DNA of 64,000 nucleotides from Escherichia phage vB_EcoM_WFbE185. The DNA is taken from the sequence record MK373778.1; one strand, given 5' to 3'. Below are positions 30,335-44,757 of the stretch, piece after piece. Under the pieces are notes generated by a model that worked only from the letters and a program-made list of their open reading frames with translations, did no database searches and was not told where the DNA came from. The position numbers were made by a program, and so were the translations under genes. The first letter of the stretch is position 1. The number at the start of each line of letters is the position of its first letter.

Positions 30335-31782
30335 TGGCTGATATAACTCTGGTAGATTTACCATATGTTGACGGCCCGCCAGACGCGGGTCAGAGTCGTA
30401 TTGAATGGATTAAAAACGATGAAGAAATAACAGGTGCTGACACAAAATACGGTTCTGAAGGTGTAATGAACCGTCCTATTGTTGAAGTTCAACGTAACGT
30501 AGAAGCGTTAGATGTTAATATTAAAACTATAGCATCTTCTTTGAATACGGCCAACGAAGATATCAAAGTTATTCAAGGTATTTTAGATGTTTCTGGGGAT
30601 GTTGATGCTCTTGCACAGATAGGCCAGAACACCCAAGATATTGATGTCATTAAAGTCACAGTTCAAACCCATGCTAGTGAATTGAATGATTTGAATGAAC
30701 ATATTGATGCGAATACTGATGATATTGGTGTTTATAATCAGGAAACAGATTCAGTTTATAGAACGGTTCGTAACGACCTGCTTTGGATTAAAAATGAATT
30801 AGGACAATATACTGGTCAAGATATTAATGGGGTTCCTACTCCAGGAAATGATAGCACTGGTATGAAACGCCGTATTATGACTAATAGCTCCGTAATTGTT
30901 GACCACGGTGTTCGATTAACTGATTTAGAAACTAAATTTGCTGATTCTGACGTCGGCTCTTTAACTATTGAAGTCGAACACTTGCGCGAAGAAATGGGAC
31001 CTCGCACTTCTTTCACTACTCCAGTGTTTAGTCGTCTTTCCAGTATTGATTTAACTTTGTCGCGTCAAAATGCTGACTTGGATGGCATTAAACAGTCTAT
31101 TGGGTATCCTAATACGACTTCTATTATTACTACCACTAATGCAAATAGTTCAGCAATAAACGACATTAATCTTGAGCTCAATCAATCAGGTGGTATTAAA
31201 CCTCGTTTGACTACAGTAGAAACTGCCATTGGCGCTGATGATTTGCCTACTACAATCCAAGGACGTATTAAACTCAATACTGATGCTATCAGAGCATTGA
31301 ACACTGTTGTCGGCTCTGGTTCTTCGTCAGGACTGCGTTTTAATGTGTCATGGTTAAATAACGTAGTCGGTGTTGACGCTTCAGGTGGGAAACCGGAACC
31401 AGACGGCTCTTTGCTTTATCGTACTCGAGAGCTTGAAGGAACTATCGGTGGGATGAGTAATGACATTCAGAACATTCAAACTGATGTTGGGACTAATTCC
31501 ACAGGAATTAAGGGATCTGTAATCACATTAAATACTCTTATAAACGGCACCAACCCAAATGGTTCAACTGTTGAAGAACGCGGTATATTGCCTACAGTTA
31601 AAAGTCATGATACGACAATTAATGGTTTAACTTCTAGAATTGCTACTCTTGAAACTGATTTGGCCGCTGCAGAAGCCGAAATCCAAACTCTTAAGGACGC
31701 TGGATATATTGAAGATGCTCCTTCAGACGGTAAATTCTATGTTCGCAAAGATGGTTCATGGGTTGAACTTCCTACAGCTTAA
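30334..31782 (+). CDS. wac: fibritin (whisker) with C-terminal foldon
   Basis: C-terminus GYIEDAPSDGKFYVRKDGSWVELPTA is foldon-like. Confidence 0.95.
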   Translation: MADITLVDLPYVDGPPDAGQSRIEWIKNDEEITGADTKYGSEGVMNRPIVEVQRNVEALDVNIKTIASSLNTANEDIKVIQGILDVSGDVDALAQIGQNTQDIDVIKVTVQTHASELNDLNEHIDANTDDIGVYNQETDSVYRTVRNDLLWIKNELGQYTGQDINGVPTPGNDSTGMKRRIMTNSSVIVDHGVRLTDLETKFADSDVGSLTIEVEHLREEMGPRTSFTTPVFSRLSSIDLTLSRQNADLDGIKQSIGYPNTTSIITTTNANSSAINDINLELNQSGGIKPRLTTVETAIGADDLPTTIQGRIKLNTDAIRALNTVVGSGSSSGLRFNVSWLNNVVGVDASGGKPEPDGSLLYRTRELEGTIGGMSNDIQNIQTDVGTNSTGIKGSVITLNTLINGTNPNGSTVEERGILPTVKSHDTTINGLTSRIATLETDLAAAEAEIQTLKDAGYIEDAPSDGKFYVRKDGSWVELPTA

Positions 31783-31787
31783 TGAAA

Positions 31788-31803
31788 AGGGCCTTCGGGC
31801 CCT
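31788..31803 (+). other. GC stem-loop after wac (no T-run)
   Basis: agggccttcgggccct. Confidence 0.4.
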
Positions 31804-31814
31804 AAAGGATTTAT

Positions 31815-32741
31815 ATGTCAGGTTATAATGCACAAAACCCTAAAGAATTAAAGGATGTAATATTACGTCGTTTAGGCGCTCCTATTGTAAATGTTGAATT
31901 AACTACAGACCAAATTTATGATTGTATTTCACGAGCGTTAGAACTTTATGGCGAATACCATTTTGACGGGTTGAATAAAGGTTTCCATGTATTTTTTGTT
32001 GATGACGAAGAAAAATACCGTCACGGCGTATTTGATATGCGTGGTTCTAACGTATTTGCCGTAACAAGAATTATAAGAACAAATGTTGGCTCTATTACTT
32101 CAATGGATGGTAATGCAACTTATCCATGGTTCACTGATTTCCTTTTAGGAATGGCTGGTGTTTCAGGTGGTATGGGTAGTAATTGTGGTAAATTCTACGG
32201 TCCGAACGCTTTTGGCGCTGACCTCGGGTATTATTCTCAATTAGTATCTTATATGGGTATGCTTCAAGATATGATTGCTCCTCTTCCAGATTTTTGGTTT
32301 AACTCTGCAAACGAGCAATTAAAAGTAATGGGTAACTTTAGACAGAAAGATGTCATTATCGTTGAATCGTATGTTCGCTCTTATATCGAGACCCATAAGA
32401 TGGTAGGAAATACAGTAGGGTACGGTCAGGTCGGTCCTCGTGATTCATGGTCTATTTCTGAACGTTATGATAATCCAGACCATAATTTGGTCGGACGTCG
32501 AGTTGGTGAAGATCCTGCAACTAAACAAGGCGCATATAACAACCGATGGGTTAAAGATTATGCAACTGCATTAGCTAAAGAGCTTAATGGACAAATTCTT
32601 GCTAAACATCAAGGTATGATGTTACCGGGTGGCGTCACTGTTGATGGTGTTCGATTAATTGAAGAAGCTCGTTTAGAGAAAGAAGCTTTACGAGAAGAGT
32701 TATATTTACTGGACCCTCCTGCAGGTATTTTGGTAGGTTAA
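31815..32741 (+). CDS. 13: gp13 neck protein
   Basis: 308 aa, synteny. Confidence 0.95.
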   Translation: MSGYNAQNPKELKDVILRRLGAPIVNVELTTDQIYDCISRALELYGEYHFDGLNKGFHVFFVDDEEKYRHGVFDMRGSNVFAVTRIIRTNVGSITSMDGNATYPWFTDFLLGMAGVSGGMGSNCGKFYGPNAFGADLGYYSQLVSYMGMLQDMIAPLPDFWFNSANEQLKVMGNFRQKDVIIVESYVRSYIETHKMVGNTVGYGQVGPRDSWSISERYDNPDHNLVGRRVGEDPATKQGAYNNRWVKDYATALAKELNGQILAKHQGMMLPGGVTVDGVRLIEEARLEKEALREELYLLDPPAGILVG

Positions 32742-32742
32742 T

Positions 32743-33507
32743 ATGGCAACTTATGATAAAAATCTTTTCGCCAAGCTAGAAAATCGTGGTGGGTATTCTC
32801 AGACAAATGAGACTGAAATCCTCAATCCATTTGTCAATTTTAATAATTATGAGAATAGTCAGACATTAGCCGACGTTCTAGTGGCAGAAAGCATACAGAT
32901 GCGCGGTATTGAATGTTTTTATGTTCCACGTGAATATGTTGCCGTGGACCTTATCTTTGGTGAGGACCTTAAAAATAAATTTACTAAAGCATGGAAATTT
33001 GCTGCATATCTGAACTCTTTTGAAGGTTATGAAGGAGCGAAATCGTTCTTCAGCAACTTCGGAATGCAAGTTCAAGACGAAGTTACATTATCTATTAACC
33101 CGGGTCTTTTCAAACACCAGGTCAACAATCAGGAGCCTAAGGAAGGTGATTTAATATACTTCCCAATGGACAACAGTTTGTTTGAGATTAACTGGGTTGA
33201 ACCATATGACCCATTCTATCAAGTAGGTAAAAATGCGATTCGTAAAATTACCGCAGGCAAGTTTATTTACTCTGGCGAAGAAATCAATCCGGTGCTTCAG
33301 AAAAATGAAGGTATCAATATACCTGAATTTAGTGACTTGGAACTTAACCCTGTTAGAAATCTTGACGGTATCCATGACATTAATATCGATGAGTATTCTG
33401 AAGTTGAGCAAATCAATTCAGAGGCAAGTGAATACGTTGAGCCGTATGTAGTAGTTAACAACCGTGGTAGACAAAATTCACCATTTGACGATGGGTTTAT
33501 GAATTAA
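32743..33507 (+). CDS. 14: gp14 neck protein
   Basis: 254 aa, synteny. Confidence 0.95.
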   Translation: MATYDKNLFAKLENRGGYSQTNETEILNPFVNFNNYENSQTLADVLVAESIQMRGIECFYVPREYVAVDLIFGEDLKNKFTKAWKFAAYLNSFEGYEGAKSFFSNFGMQVQDEVTLSINPGLFKHQVNNQEPKEGDLIYFPMDNSLFEINWVEPYDPFYQVGKNAIRKITAGKFIYSGEEINPVLQKNEGINIPEFSDLELNPVRNLDGIHDINIDEYSEVEQINSEASEYVEPYVVVNNRGRQNSPFDDGFMN

Positions 33508-33556
33508 TAAATAGATAAGATAAAGCAAACACCGGTCGAAAGGCCGGTTAGGAGAA

Positions 33557-34381
33557 ATGATGTTTGGTTATTTTTACAACTCGTCGTTCAGGCGATATAT
33601 CACAATGATGGGCGATTTGTTTTCAAATATCCAAGTTAACCGTCAATTGTCTACAGGCAATAAATTAATTAGAGTTCCTATTACGTATGCATCTAAAGAG
33701 CACTTTATGATGAAACTTAATAAATGGACCTCTATAAACTCACAAGAAGATGTGGCTAAAGTCGAAACTATTCTACCACGTATAAATCTCCAAATGGTAG
33801 ATTTCGTTTATAACCCAACGTTTAAAACGAATATATTGAATAACTCTCTTTTGAGTAAATCGACTAAGGATATTGTAGACCAATACAACCCATCACCAAT
33901 TAAAATGATTTTTGAACTGAGCATCTTTACTCGTTATGAAGATGATATGTTCCAAATCGTTGAGCAAATTATTCCATATTTTCAGCCGCATTTTAATACG
34001 ACTATGATTGAGCAATATGGGCAGGATATTCCATTTGAAAGGGATATTAAAGTCGTATGGATGGCAGCAGCAATGGATGAACAAATAGACGGTGATAATT
34101 TATCTCGTCGACGTTTAGAGTGGTCATTAACATTTGAAGTAAATGGATGGATGTATCCTCCGGTAGGCGCAGCTGAAGGCCTTATTAAAACGACTTATCT
34201 TGATTTTCATGCTAATGAACGAGACCTTCAAACAGCCGCCAGTGTTTTTGAATCAGTTGATACAGAAATTAAACCGAGAGACGTTGAAGCACAAGATTGG
34301 AATGGCGAAGTTGAACAAACTTATACTCATGATATTCCAATCCCGACTCCACCAACCCCTCCTGGTCCTAGAAAACAATAA
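33557..34381 (+). CDS. 15: gp15 tail sheath stabiliser / tail terminator
   Basis: MFGYFYNSSFRRY conserved; start may be the second ATG at 33560. Confidence 0.95.
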   Translation: MMFGYFYNSSFRRYITMMGDLFSNIQVNRQLSTGNKLIRVPITYASKEHFMMKLNKWTSINSQEDVAKVETILPRINLQMVDFVYNPTFKTNILNNSLLSKSTKDIVDQYNPSPIKMIFELSIFTRYEDDMFQIVEQIIPYFQPHFNTTMIEQYGQDIPFERDIKVVWMAAAMDEQIDGDNLSRRRLEWSLTFEVNGWMYPPVGAAEGLIKTTYLDFHANERDLQTAASVFESVDTEIKPRDVEAQDWNGEVEQTYTHDIPIPTPPTPPGPRKQ

Positions 34382-36707
<2,326 letters not shown>

Positions 36708-36734
36708 AAATAAAGCAAATTAAGAGGAATTAAA

Positions 36735-38717
36735 ATGTCACTTCTCTCTCCGGGCGTTGAGCTCAAAGAAACTACCGTACAGAGTACTGTAGTTAATAAC
36801 TCCACTGGTACTGCTGCCCTGGCTGGAAAATTCCAATGGGGACCTGCATTCCAGATTAAACAAATCACTGATGAAGTTGCATTAGTTGATATGTTTGGTA
36901 CTCCTAATACGGATACAGCAGATTATTTCATGTCTGCTATGAACTTCCTTCAATATGGTAATGACCTTCGTGTTGTACGCGCAGTTGACCGTGATACTGC
37001 TAAGAACTCATCTCCTGTAGCAGGCAATATTGAATTCACAATCTCTGCTGCTGGTAGTAACTATGCAGTTGGTGATAAAATTATCGTTAAGTATTTGACC
37101 GAAACTGTTGAAGCAGATGGTTATGTCACTTCGGTTGATGTCGATGGTAAAATTCTTAACATTTATATCCCAACCGGTAAAATTATTGCTCGTGCAAAAG
37201 AAATTAATGAATATCCGGCATTGGGTTCTAACTGGACCGCCGAAGTTGCCAGTTCTTCTTCTGGTCTCTCTGGCGTTATTACAATTGGTTCTATCGTAAC
37301 CGATTCGGGTATTCTGTTAACTGAAGTTGAAACTTCTGAAGAAGCTATTACTTCTCTAACTTTCCAAGAATCTATTAAAAAATATGGTGTCCCAGGTGTA
37401 GTTGCTCTTTATCCTGGTGAACTTGGCGACCAGCTCGAAATTGAAATCGTATCTAAAGCGGACTATGACAAAGGTGCTTCAGCCCAGTTAAAAATTTATC
37501 CTGATGGTGGTACTCGTGCATCTACTGCTAAAGCAATCTTTGGGTATGGCCCACAAACTGATGACCAATATGCAATTATCGTTCGTCGTAACGATGCTGT
37601 AGTTCAGAGCGTAATTCTTTCTACTAAACGCGGTGAACGCGATATTTATGGTAGTAATATCTTTATTGATGATTTCTTTGCTAAAGGCGCAAGCAATTAT
37701 ATTTTCGCTACTGCACAAGGTTGGCCAAAAGGTTTCTCTGGCGTAATCAAACTGGGTGGTGGCTTATCATCCAATGAAACGGTTGACGCTGGTGATTTAA
37801 TGGAAGCTTGGGATTTGTTTGCCGACCGCGAATCTGTTAATGCGCAGTTGTTTATTGCCGGTTCTTGTGCAGGTGAATCTTTAGAAGTTGCTTCTACAGT
37901 TCAGAAACATGTTGTAGCAATTGGTGATTCTCGCCAAGATTGCTTGGTTCTTTGCTCACCGCCACGTGCAACTATAGTTGGTATTCCTGTTAATCGTGCA
38001 GTTGATAATCTGGTTGATTGGCGTACTGCGTCAGGAACTTACACTGATAATAACTTTAATGTAAGTTCTACTTACGCGGCTATTGACGGTAACTATAAAT
38101 ATCAATATGACAAATATAATGATGTGAATCGTTGGGTTCCATTAGCTGCTGATATTGCTGGTCTTTGTGCTCGCACAGACAATATTTCTCAGCCTTGGAT
38201 GTCTCCTGCTGGTTATAACCGTGGACAAATTCTTAACGTTATTAAGCTTGCAATTGAAACTCGTCAACCACAGCGTGATCGTTTGTATCAGGAAGCTATT
38301 AACCCTGTTACTGGTACCGGTGGTGATGGGTATGTTCTGTACGGTGATAAAACTGCCACTTCTGTTCCTTCACCATTTGACCGTATTAACGTTCGTCGTT
38401 TGTTCAATATGGTTAAAACGAACATTGGTTCAGCATCCAAATATCGCCTGTTTGAATTGAACAACGCATTCACCCGTTCTTCTTTCCGTACAGAGACTTC
38501 TCAATATCTACAGGGTATTAAAGCTCTCGGTGGTGTATATAACTTTAAAGTTGTTTGTGATACTACCAATAACACCCCAGCAGTTATCGACCGTAATGAA
38601 TTTGTAGCTACTTTCTACTTACAACCTGCCCGCTCGATAAATTATATTACGTTGAACTTTGTAGCAACAGCAACTGGTGCCGATTTCGACGAACTAATTG
38701 GTGCTGTAGGTGGCTAA
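36735..38717 (+). CDS. 18: tail sheath protein
   Basis: 660 aa, synteny. Confidence 0.97.
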   Translation: MSLLSPGVELKETTVQSTVVNNSTGTAALAGKFQWGPAFQIKQITDEVALVDMFGTPNTDTADYFMSAMNFLQYGNDLRVVRAVDRDTAKNSSPVAGNIEFTISAAGSNYAVGDKIIVKYLTETVEADGYVTSVDVDGKILNIYIPTGKIIARAKEINEYPALGSNWTAEVASSSSGLSGVITIGSIVTDSGILLTEVETSEEAITSLTFQESIKKYGVPGVVALYPGELGDQLEIEIVSKADYDKGASAQLKIYPDGGTRASTAKAIFGYGPQTDDQYAIIVRRNDAVVQSVILSTKRGERDIYGSNIFIDDFFAKGASNYIFATAQGWPKGFSGVIKLGGGLSSNETVDAGDLMEAWDLFADRESVNAQLFIAGSCAGESLEVASTVQKHVVAIGDSRQDCLVLCSPPRATIVGIPVNRAVDNLVDWRTASGTYTDNNFNVSSTYAAIDGNYKYQYDKYNDVNRWVPLAADIAGLCARTDNISQPWMSPAGYNRGQILNVIKLAIETRQPQRDRLYQEAINPVTGTGGDGYVLYGDKTATSVPSPFDRINVRRLFNMVKTNIGSASKYRLFELNNAFTRSSFRTETSQYLQGIKALGGVYNFKVVCDTTNNTPAVIDRNEFVATFYLQPARSINYITLNFVATATGADFDELIGAVGG

Positions 38718-38749
38718 TAAGACGCCTGATGGGCTATTTCGGTAGCCCA

Positions 38750-38757
38750 TATAAATA
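38750..38757 (+). promoter_or_regulatory. late promoter TATAAATA for gene 19, preceded by hairpin
   Basis: atgggctatttcggtagcccat hairpin then TATAAATA. Confidence 0.6.
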
Positions 38758-38829
38758 TATTATATCGTTTAAAAATTAATTCTATGGGCATCAGGTTAAT
38801 CCTAAGCCCATATTACTACAGAGGCTAAT

Positions 38830-39321
38830 ATGTTTGTAGATGACGTAACTCGTGCCTTCGAATCAGGTGATTTCGCTCGCCCTAACCTGTTCGAAGTAGA
38901 AATCTCTTATCTTGGGCAAAACTTTAGCTTCCAGTGTCGTGCTACGGCTCTTCCTGCTGCGATCGTTGAAAAGGTTCCTGTTTCTTATATGAACCGTAAA
39001 ATTAACGTGGCCGGTGATCGTACATTCGATGATTGGACTATTACAGTAATGAACGATGATGCTCATAGCATTCGTCAGAAATTTGTTGATTGGCAAGGTA
39101 TTGCAGCAGGACAAGGTAATGAAATTACCGGTGGTAAACCTGCTGAATATAAAAAGTCTGCTATCGTTCGTCAATTTGCTCGTGATGCTAAAACGGTCAC
39201 TAAAGAAGTTGAAATTGTCGGCTTGTGGCCTACTAACGTTGGTGAAGTATCTCTTGATTGGGATTCGAATAACGAGATTGAAACGTTCGAAGTAACTCTT
39301 GCTCTTGATTGGTGGGAATAA
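38830..39321 (+). CDS. 19: tail tube protein
   Basis: 163 aa, synteny. Confidence 0.97.
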   Translation: MFVDDVTRAFESGDFARPNLFEVEISYLGQNFSFQCRATALPAAIVEKVPVSYMNRKINVAGDRTFDDWTITVMNDDAHSIRQKFVDWQGIAAGQGNEITGGKPAEYKKSAIVRQFARDAKTVTKEVEIVGLWPTNVGEVSLDWDSNNEIETFEVTLALDWWE

Positions 39322-39369
39322 TCTGGTTGGGGAGAAATCCCCAGCTTCCCGTGATGACGGAGAAGTCCA

Positions 39370-39377
39370 TATAAATA
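39370..39377 (+). promoter_or_regulatory. late promoter TATAAATA for gene 20
   Basis: exact octamer 29 nt upstream of ATG. Confidence 0.65.
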
Positions 39378-39405
39378 TAACTATAATTCCCATTCGGAGA
39401 ATACA

Positions 39406-40977
39406 ATGAAATTTAATATCTTAAGTTTGTTTGCTCCATGGGCAAAAATGGACGAACGTGATTACAAAGACCAAGAAAAAGAAAATTTAGAATCGATCAC
39501 CACACCAAAATTAGACGACGGCGCTAAAGAATACGAAGTATCTGAAAATGAAGCACAGCAAACATATAATGCTATGTTTCAGAGAATGTTCGGTAGCCAA
39601 GAACCAGGGCTCAAATCAACGCGTGAATTAATCGATACGTATCGAAATTTGATGACGAACTATGAAGTGGATAATGCAGTCTCTGAAATAGTTTCGGATG
39701 CTATCGTATATGAAGATGATACAGAAGTCGTTTCTATAAATTTAGACAACACAAAATTTAGTCCAAATATCAAATCAATGATGTTGGATGAATTTAACGA
39801 AGTGTTAAATCATTTATCTTTCCAACGTAAAGGTTCAGATCATTTTAGACGTTGGTATGTGGATTCTCGAATTTTCTTCCATAAAATTATTGACCCTAAA
39901 CGCCCTAAAGAAGGTATTAAAGAGCTTCGTCGTTTAGACCCACGTCAAGTTCAATATGTCCGTGAAGTTATTACAACCACTGAAGCTGGTGTTAAAATAG
40001 TCAAGGGTTATAAAGAATATTTCATTTATGACACATCACACGAATCTTATGCTTGTGATGGTCGCATATATGAAGCGGGCACAAAAATAAAAATCCCTAA
40101 AGCCGCGATTGTTTACGCCCATTCTGGTTTAGTTGATTGTTGTGGTAAAAATATCATTGGTTATTTGCATCGGGCTATTAAGCCAGCGAACCAATTAAAA
40201 CTTCTTGAAGATGCCGTCGTAATTTATCGTATTACTCGTGCTCCCGATCGTCGTGTATGGTACGTTGATACAGGTAATATGCCTTCAAGAAAAGCAGCAG
40301 AACATATGCAACATGTTATGAATACGATGAAAAACCGTATTGCATATGATGCTACTACAGGCAAGATTAAAAACCAACAGCATATTATGTCGATGACCGA
40401 AGATTATTGGTTACAACGACGTGATGGTAAAGCAGTAACAGAAGTTGATACATTACCAGGTGCAGATAATACCGGAAATATGGAAGATGTACGTTGGTTC
40501 CGTAATGCGCTTTATATGGCTTTACGTATTCCTATTACCCGTATTCCAAGTGACCAAGGTGGTATACAGTTTGATGCTGGTACTTCTATTACACGAGATG
40601 AATTATCATTTGGTAAATTTATTCGTGAGCTGCAACATAAATTTGAAGAGATATTCCTAGACCCGCTTAAAACTAATTTAATTCTTAAAGGAATTATTAC
40701 AGAAGATGAGTGGAATGATGAAATAAATAATATTAAGATAAAATTTCATCGGGATAGTTATTTCTCGGAATTAAAGGATGCTGAGATTCTGGAGCGTCGC
40801 ATTAATATGCTTCAGATGGCCGAACCATTTATTGGTAAATATATTTCTCACAGAACAGCTATGAAAGATATTCTTCAGATGTCTGATGAGGAAATTGAAC
40901 AAGAGGCTAAGCAAATTGAAGAAGAGTCGAAAGAGGCTCGTTTCCAAGACCCCGACCAAGAACAAGAGGATTTTTAA
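39406..40977 (+). CDS. 20: portal vertex protein
   Basis: 523 aa, synteny. Confidence 0.97.
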   Translation: MKFNILSLFAPWAKMDERDYKDQEKENLESITTPKLDDGAKEYEVSENEAQQTYNAMFQRMFGSQEPGLKSTRELIDTYRNLMTNYEVDNAVSEIVSDAIVYEDDTEVVSINLDNTKFSPNIKSMMLDEFNEVLNHLSFQRKGSDHFRRWYVDSRIFFHKIIDPKRPKEGIKELRRLDPRQVQYVREVITTTEAGVKIVKGYKEYFIYDTSHESYACDGRIYEAGTKIKIPKAAIVYAHSGLVDCCGKNIIGYLHRAIKPANQLKLLEDAVVIYRITRAPDRRVWYVDTGNMPSRKAAEHMQHVMNTMKNRIAYDATTGKIKNQQHIMSMTEDYWLQRRDGKAVTEVDTLPGADNTGNMEDVRWFRNALYMALRIPITRIPSDQGGIQFDAGTSITRDELSFGKFIRELQHKFEEIFLDPLKTNLILKGIITEDEWNDEINNIKIKFHRDSYFSELKDAEILERRINMLQMAEPFIGKYISHRTAMKDILQMSDEEIEQEAKQIEEESKEARFQDPDQEQEDF

Positions 40978-41207
40978 TGGACGATTTAATTCAAGCTATT
41001 AAATCAAACGACCTCGTTGCTACTCGAAAGTTTTTTGAAAGTGCAATGGCAGAAAAAACGGTTCGTTTGATTGAAGCACGCAAAGCAGAAATCGCTTCTC
41101 AATTTTTGATTGAAGGCGAAGAACCTGAAGAAGAAAAGAAAGCTTCGGAAGACGACGCTGATGAAGGCGATGACGACGAAGACGAAGATGATGAGGACGA
41201 TGAATAA
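40977..41207 (+). CDS. 67: prohead core protein gp67 (acidic C-terminus)
   Basis: 76 aa, D/E-rich tail. Confidence 0.9.
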   Translation: MDDLIQAIKSNDLVATRKFFESAMAEKTVRLIEARKAEIASQFLIEGEEPEEEKKASEDDADEGDDDEDEDDEDDE

Positions 41208-41632
41208 TGTATCTTATCCCTGAATCTTATGAATTGGTACTCGAAAATGTCGAAGCACTTATTCCTGAAGCACAGGGCCGAATCGATGCATTGTCTTCTG
41301 CTCTCGATATTGACGATATAAATACTATTATCGAGAACATGCTTGAAACTGAAACGGATTTAGCTGTTGCAATGGCTTCCATTATTAATGAAGAACAGTT
41401 AAATGAGTTTATCGTTAAACATGTTTCTTCTCGTGGTGAAGTCACCCGCACTAAAGACCGTAAAACTCGTGAACGTAACGCGTTCCAAACAACCGGTCTT
41501 TCTAAAGCAAAACGTAGACAAATCGCTCGTAAGGTCGTTAAAGCTAAAAAAGCTAACCCTTCAGGCCAAGTTAAAGGCCTGCGTAAGCGTAAAAAGGCTC
41601 TTAAACGTCGTAAAGCATTAGGATTAAGCTAA
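41207..41632 (+). CDS. 68: prohead core protein gp68
   Basis: 141 aa, synteny. Confidence 0.9.
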   Translation: MYLIPESYELVLENVEALIPEAQGRIDALSSALDIDDINTIIENMLETETDLAVAMASIINEEQLNEFIVKHVSSRGEVTRTKDRKTRERNAFQTTGLSKAKRRQIARKVVKAKKANPSGQVKGLRKRKKALKRRKALGLS

Positions 41633-42273
41633 TGAATAAACCCGAGTTACTTATTGAAACTTGGGGTCAACCCGGTGAGATTATTGATGGCGTTCCAATG
41701 TTGGAATCTCATGATGGAAAAGATTCTGGCTTAAAACCAGGGCTTTATATAGAAGGTATTTTTCTTCAGGCAGAGGTTGTTAACCGAAATAAACGTTTAT
41801 ATCCTAAACGCGTTTTGGAAAAAGCAGTAAGTGACTATATTAAAGAACAAGTCGCAACCAAACAAGCCCTTGGAGAATTAAACCATCCACCTCGTGCAAA
41901 TGTTGACCCTATGCAAGCCGCTATCATTATTGAAGATATGTGGTGGAAAGGAAACGATGTATATGGACGTGCTAGAATTATTGAAGGCGACCATGGTCCC
42001 GGTGATAAATTAGCTGCTAATATACGAGCTGGTTGGATTCCAGGTGTTTCCTCTCGTGGTCTTGGTTCTTTAACCGACACCAATAAAGGGTACCGTATCG
42101 TGAACGAAGGATTTAAATTAACCGTCGGTGTAGATGCCGTATGGGGACCTTCTGCTCCAGATGCTTGGGTTACTCCTAAACAAATATCAGAATCAGAAAA
42201 TTCGGTGGAAACCACCAAAAACAGTGCTGATGAAGCATTTAAAGCTCTCGCAGAGAGTTTAAAAGCATTATAA
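41632..42273 (+). CDS. 21: prohead core protease
   Basis: 213 aa, synteny. Confidence 0.95.
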   Translation: MNKPELLIETWGQPGEIIDGVPMLESHDGKDSGLKPGLYIEGIFLQAEVVNRNKRLYPKRVLEKAVSDYIKEQVATKQALGELNHPPRANVDPMQAAIIIEDMWWKGNDVYGRARIIEGDHGPGDKLAANIRAGWIPGVSSRGLGSLTDTNKGYRIVNEGFKLTVGVDAVWGPSAPDAWVTPKQISESENSVETTKNSADEAFKALAESLKAL

Positions 42274-42276
42274 ATA
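42269..42276 (+). promoter_or_regulatory. late promoter TATAAATA for gene 22
   Basis: exact octamer overlapping gene 21 stop. Confidence 0.65.
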
Positions 42277-42306
42277 ATAATGTAATCTAAACCACAGGAC
42301 ACTAAA

Positions 42307-43119
42307 ATGATCAAAGAACAACTTTTGAAAGAAGCTCAGAACATCGAGACTTCAGTTGCTCTTAATAGTGTTTTCGAATCAGTAGAACTGTCTCCGGACG
42401 TTAAAGCTAATTTCAGCACTGTATTCGAAGCCACCGTTAAGCAGGAAGCAGTCAAACTGGCTGAATCTCATATCAAAGCCATCGCCGAAAAAGCCGAAGA
42501 AGAAGTTGAAAAGGCTAAAGAAGATGCTGAAGAGAAAGCTGATAAAAAATTGGCTGAACAAGCTTCTAAATTCCTAGACCATCTTGCAAAAGAATGGCTC
42601 GCAGAAAACCAAATCGCAGTTGATAAAGGCATTAAAGCTGATTTGTTCGAATCCATGCTTGGTGGTCTGAAAGAACTGTTTGTTGAACATAACGTTGTTG
42701 TTCCAGAAGAATCTGTAGATGTTGTAGCAGAAATGGAAGAAGAGCTGGCCGAACATAAAGAAGAAACCGCTCGTTTGTTCGAAGAAGTTACCAAACGTGA
42801 TGCATATATCAATTACGTTCAGCGTGAAACCGCTATTAATGAAAGCGTAAAAGACCTGACTGAATCTCAGAAAGAAAAAGTTATTGGCCTGGTTGAAGGT
42901 ATGGATTATTCTGACGCATTTGGTACTAAGTTAACTGCTATTGTAGAAATGGTTAAAGGTTCTACTAAAGAAGAAGCCGCTATTACCGAAAGTATAAATA
43001 CAGTTGACAATGACGCTGCCGGTCTTAATTTTGTTGCCGAAGCAGTTGACACTACCACAACTCAGGTAGAACAGAATTCTAATGTAAGTTTATATGCGAA
43101 AGTCGCATCTCGTTTCTAA
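42307..43119 (+). CDS. 22: prohead core scaffold protein
   Basis: 270 aa, E/K-rich coiled coil. Confidence 0.95.
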   Translation: MIKEQLLKEAQNIETSVALNSVFESVELSPDVKANFSTVFEATVKQEAVKLAESHIKAIAEKAEEEVEKAKEDAEEKADKKLAEQASKFLDHLAKEWLAENQIAVDKGIKADLFESMLGGLKELFVEHNVVVPEESVDVVAEMEEELAEHKEETARLFEEVTKRDAYINYVQRETAINESVKDLTESQKEKVIGLVEGMDYSDAFGTKLTAIVEMVKGSTKEEAAITESINTVDNDAAGLNFVAEAVDTTTTQVEQNSNVSLYAKVASRF

Positions 43120-43136
43120 TTTAAAGGTTAACACAA

Positions 43137-44705
43137 ATGACTACTATCAAAACTAAAGCTCAGCTCGTAGACAAATGGAAAGAACTGCTGGAAGGTGAAG
43201 GCCTGCCGGAAATCGCTAATAGCAAGCAGGCTATTATCGCTAAAATCTTCGAAAACCAGGAAAAAGATTTCGAAGTATCCCCTGAATATAAAGACGAGAA
43301 AATCGCTCAGGCATTTGGTTCTTTCTTGACCGAAGCTGAAATTGGTGGTGACCATGGTTATAATGCTCAGAACATCGCAGCAGGTCAAACCTCTGGTGCA
43401 GTAACCCAAATTGGGCCGGCAGTTATGGGTATGGTTCGTCGTGCTATTCCTAATCTGATCGCTTTTGATATTTGTGGTGTTCAGCCTATGAACAGCCCTA
43501 CCGGTCAGGTATTTGCTCTCCGTGCAGTATATGGTAAAGACCCTATCGCTGCTGGCGCTAAAGAAGCTTTCCATCCGATGTATGCCCCAGACGCGATGTT
43601 CTCTGGTCAGGGTGCTGCTAAGAAATTCCCAGCTCTGGCTGCTGACACTACTACTGTTGTAGGTGATATCTATACTCACTTCTTCCAAGAAACTGGTACT
43701 GTATATCTGCAAGCTTCTGCTGTCGTAACACTTGATTCTGGTGCAACTGATGCAGCTAAATTAGATGCAGAAGTTAAGAAACAAATGGAAGCTGGTGCAC
43801 TGGTAGAAATCGCTGAAGGTATGGCTACTTCTATCGCTGAACTTCAGGAAGGTTTCAACGGTTCTACCGATAACCCATGGAATGAAATGGGCTTCCGTAT
43901 CGATAAACAAGTTATCGAAGCTAAATCTCGCCAGCTGAAAGCTGCTTACTCTATCGAATTAGCACAAGACCTCCGTGCAGTACACGGTATGGATGCTGAT
44001 GCTGAACTGAGCGGTATTCTGGCTACAGAAATTATGCTAGAAATCAACCGTGAAGTTGTTGATTGGATTAACTACTCAGCACAGGTTGGTAAATCTGGTA
44101 TGACCCTGACTCCTGGTTCTAAAGCTGGTGTATTTGACTTCCAGGACCCGATTGATATCCGTGGTGCTCGTTGGGCCGGTGAAAGCTTTAAATCTCTGTT
44201 GTTCCAGATTGATAAAGAAGCAGTTGAAATTGCTCGTCAAACCGGACGTGGTGAAGGTAACTTCATTATCGCTTCCCGTAACGTAGTTAACGTACTGGCT
44301 TCAGTTGATACTGGTATTTCTTACGCTGCACAGGGTCTGGCTTCTGGTTTTAATACCGACACTACTAAGTCTGTATTTGCCGGTGTACTTGGTGGTAAAT
44401 ACCGCGTATACATCGACCAGTATGCTAAACAGGATTACTTCACCGTTGGTTACAAAGGTGCTAACGAAATGGATGCAGGTATTTACTATGCTCCTTACGT
44501 TGCACTTACCCCACTGCGTGGTTCCGATCCTAAGAACTTCCAGCCGGTAATGGGCTTTAAAACTCGTTACGGTATCGGTGTTAACCCGTTTGCTGAAAGT
44601 TCCCTGCAGGCTCCAGGTGCTCGCATCCAGTCCGGTATGCCGTCTATCCTGAACAGCCTTGGTAAGAACGCTTACTTCCGCCGTGTATATGTAAAAGGCA
44701 TCTAA
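43137..44705 (+). CDS. 23: major capsid protein
   Basis: 522 aa, over 95 percent identical to T4 gp23 as remembered. Confidence 0.98.
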   Translation: MTTIKTKAQLVDKWKELLEGEGLPEIANSKQAIIAKIFENQEKDFEVSPEYKDEKIAQAFGSFLTEAEIGGDHGYNAQNIAAGQTSGAVTQIGPAVMGMVRRAIPNLIAFDICGVQPMNSPTGQVFALRAVYGKDPIAAGAKEAFHPMYAPDAMFSGQGAAKKFPALAADTTTVVGDIYTHFFQETGTVYLQASAVVTLDSGATDAAKLDAEVKKQMEAGALVEIAEGMATSIAELQEGFNGSTDNPWNEMGFRIDKQVIEAKSRQLKAAYSIELAQDLRAVHGMDADAELSGILATEIMLEINREVVDWINYSAQVGKSGMTLTPGSKAGVFDFQDPIDIRGARWAGESFKSLLFQIDKEAVEIARQTGRGEGNFIIASRNVVNVLASVDTGISYAAQGLASGFNTDTTKSVFAGVLGGKYRVYIDQYAKQDYFTVGYKGANEMDAGIYYAPYVALTPLRGSDPKNFQPVMGFKTRYGIGVNPFAESSLQAPGARIQSGMPSILNSLGKNAYFRRVYVKGI

Positions 44706-44729
44706 TCTTAATTGATTAAATCTTATTTT

Positions 44730-44754
44730 GGGAGACTTCGGTCTCCCATTTTTG
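44730..44754 (+). terminator. intrinsic terminator after gene 23
   Basis: gggagacttcggtctccc then ATTTTTGGTTTT. Confidence 0.8.
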
Positions 44755-44757
44755 GTT

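Noticed and set aside
42379-42812. Minus-strand ORFs antisense to gene 22
   Set aside because: Reflect the repetitive GAA/AAG composition of the scaffold gene on the other strand.
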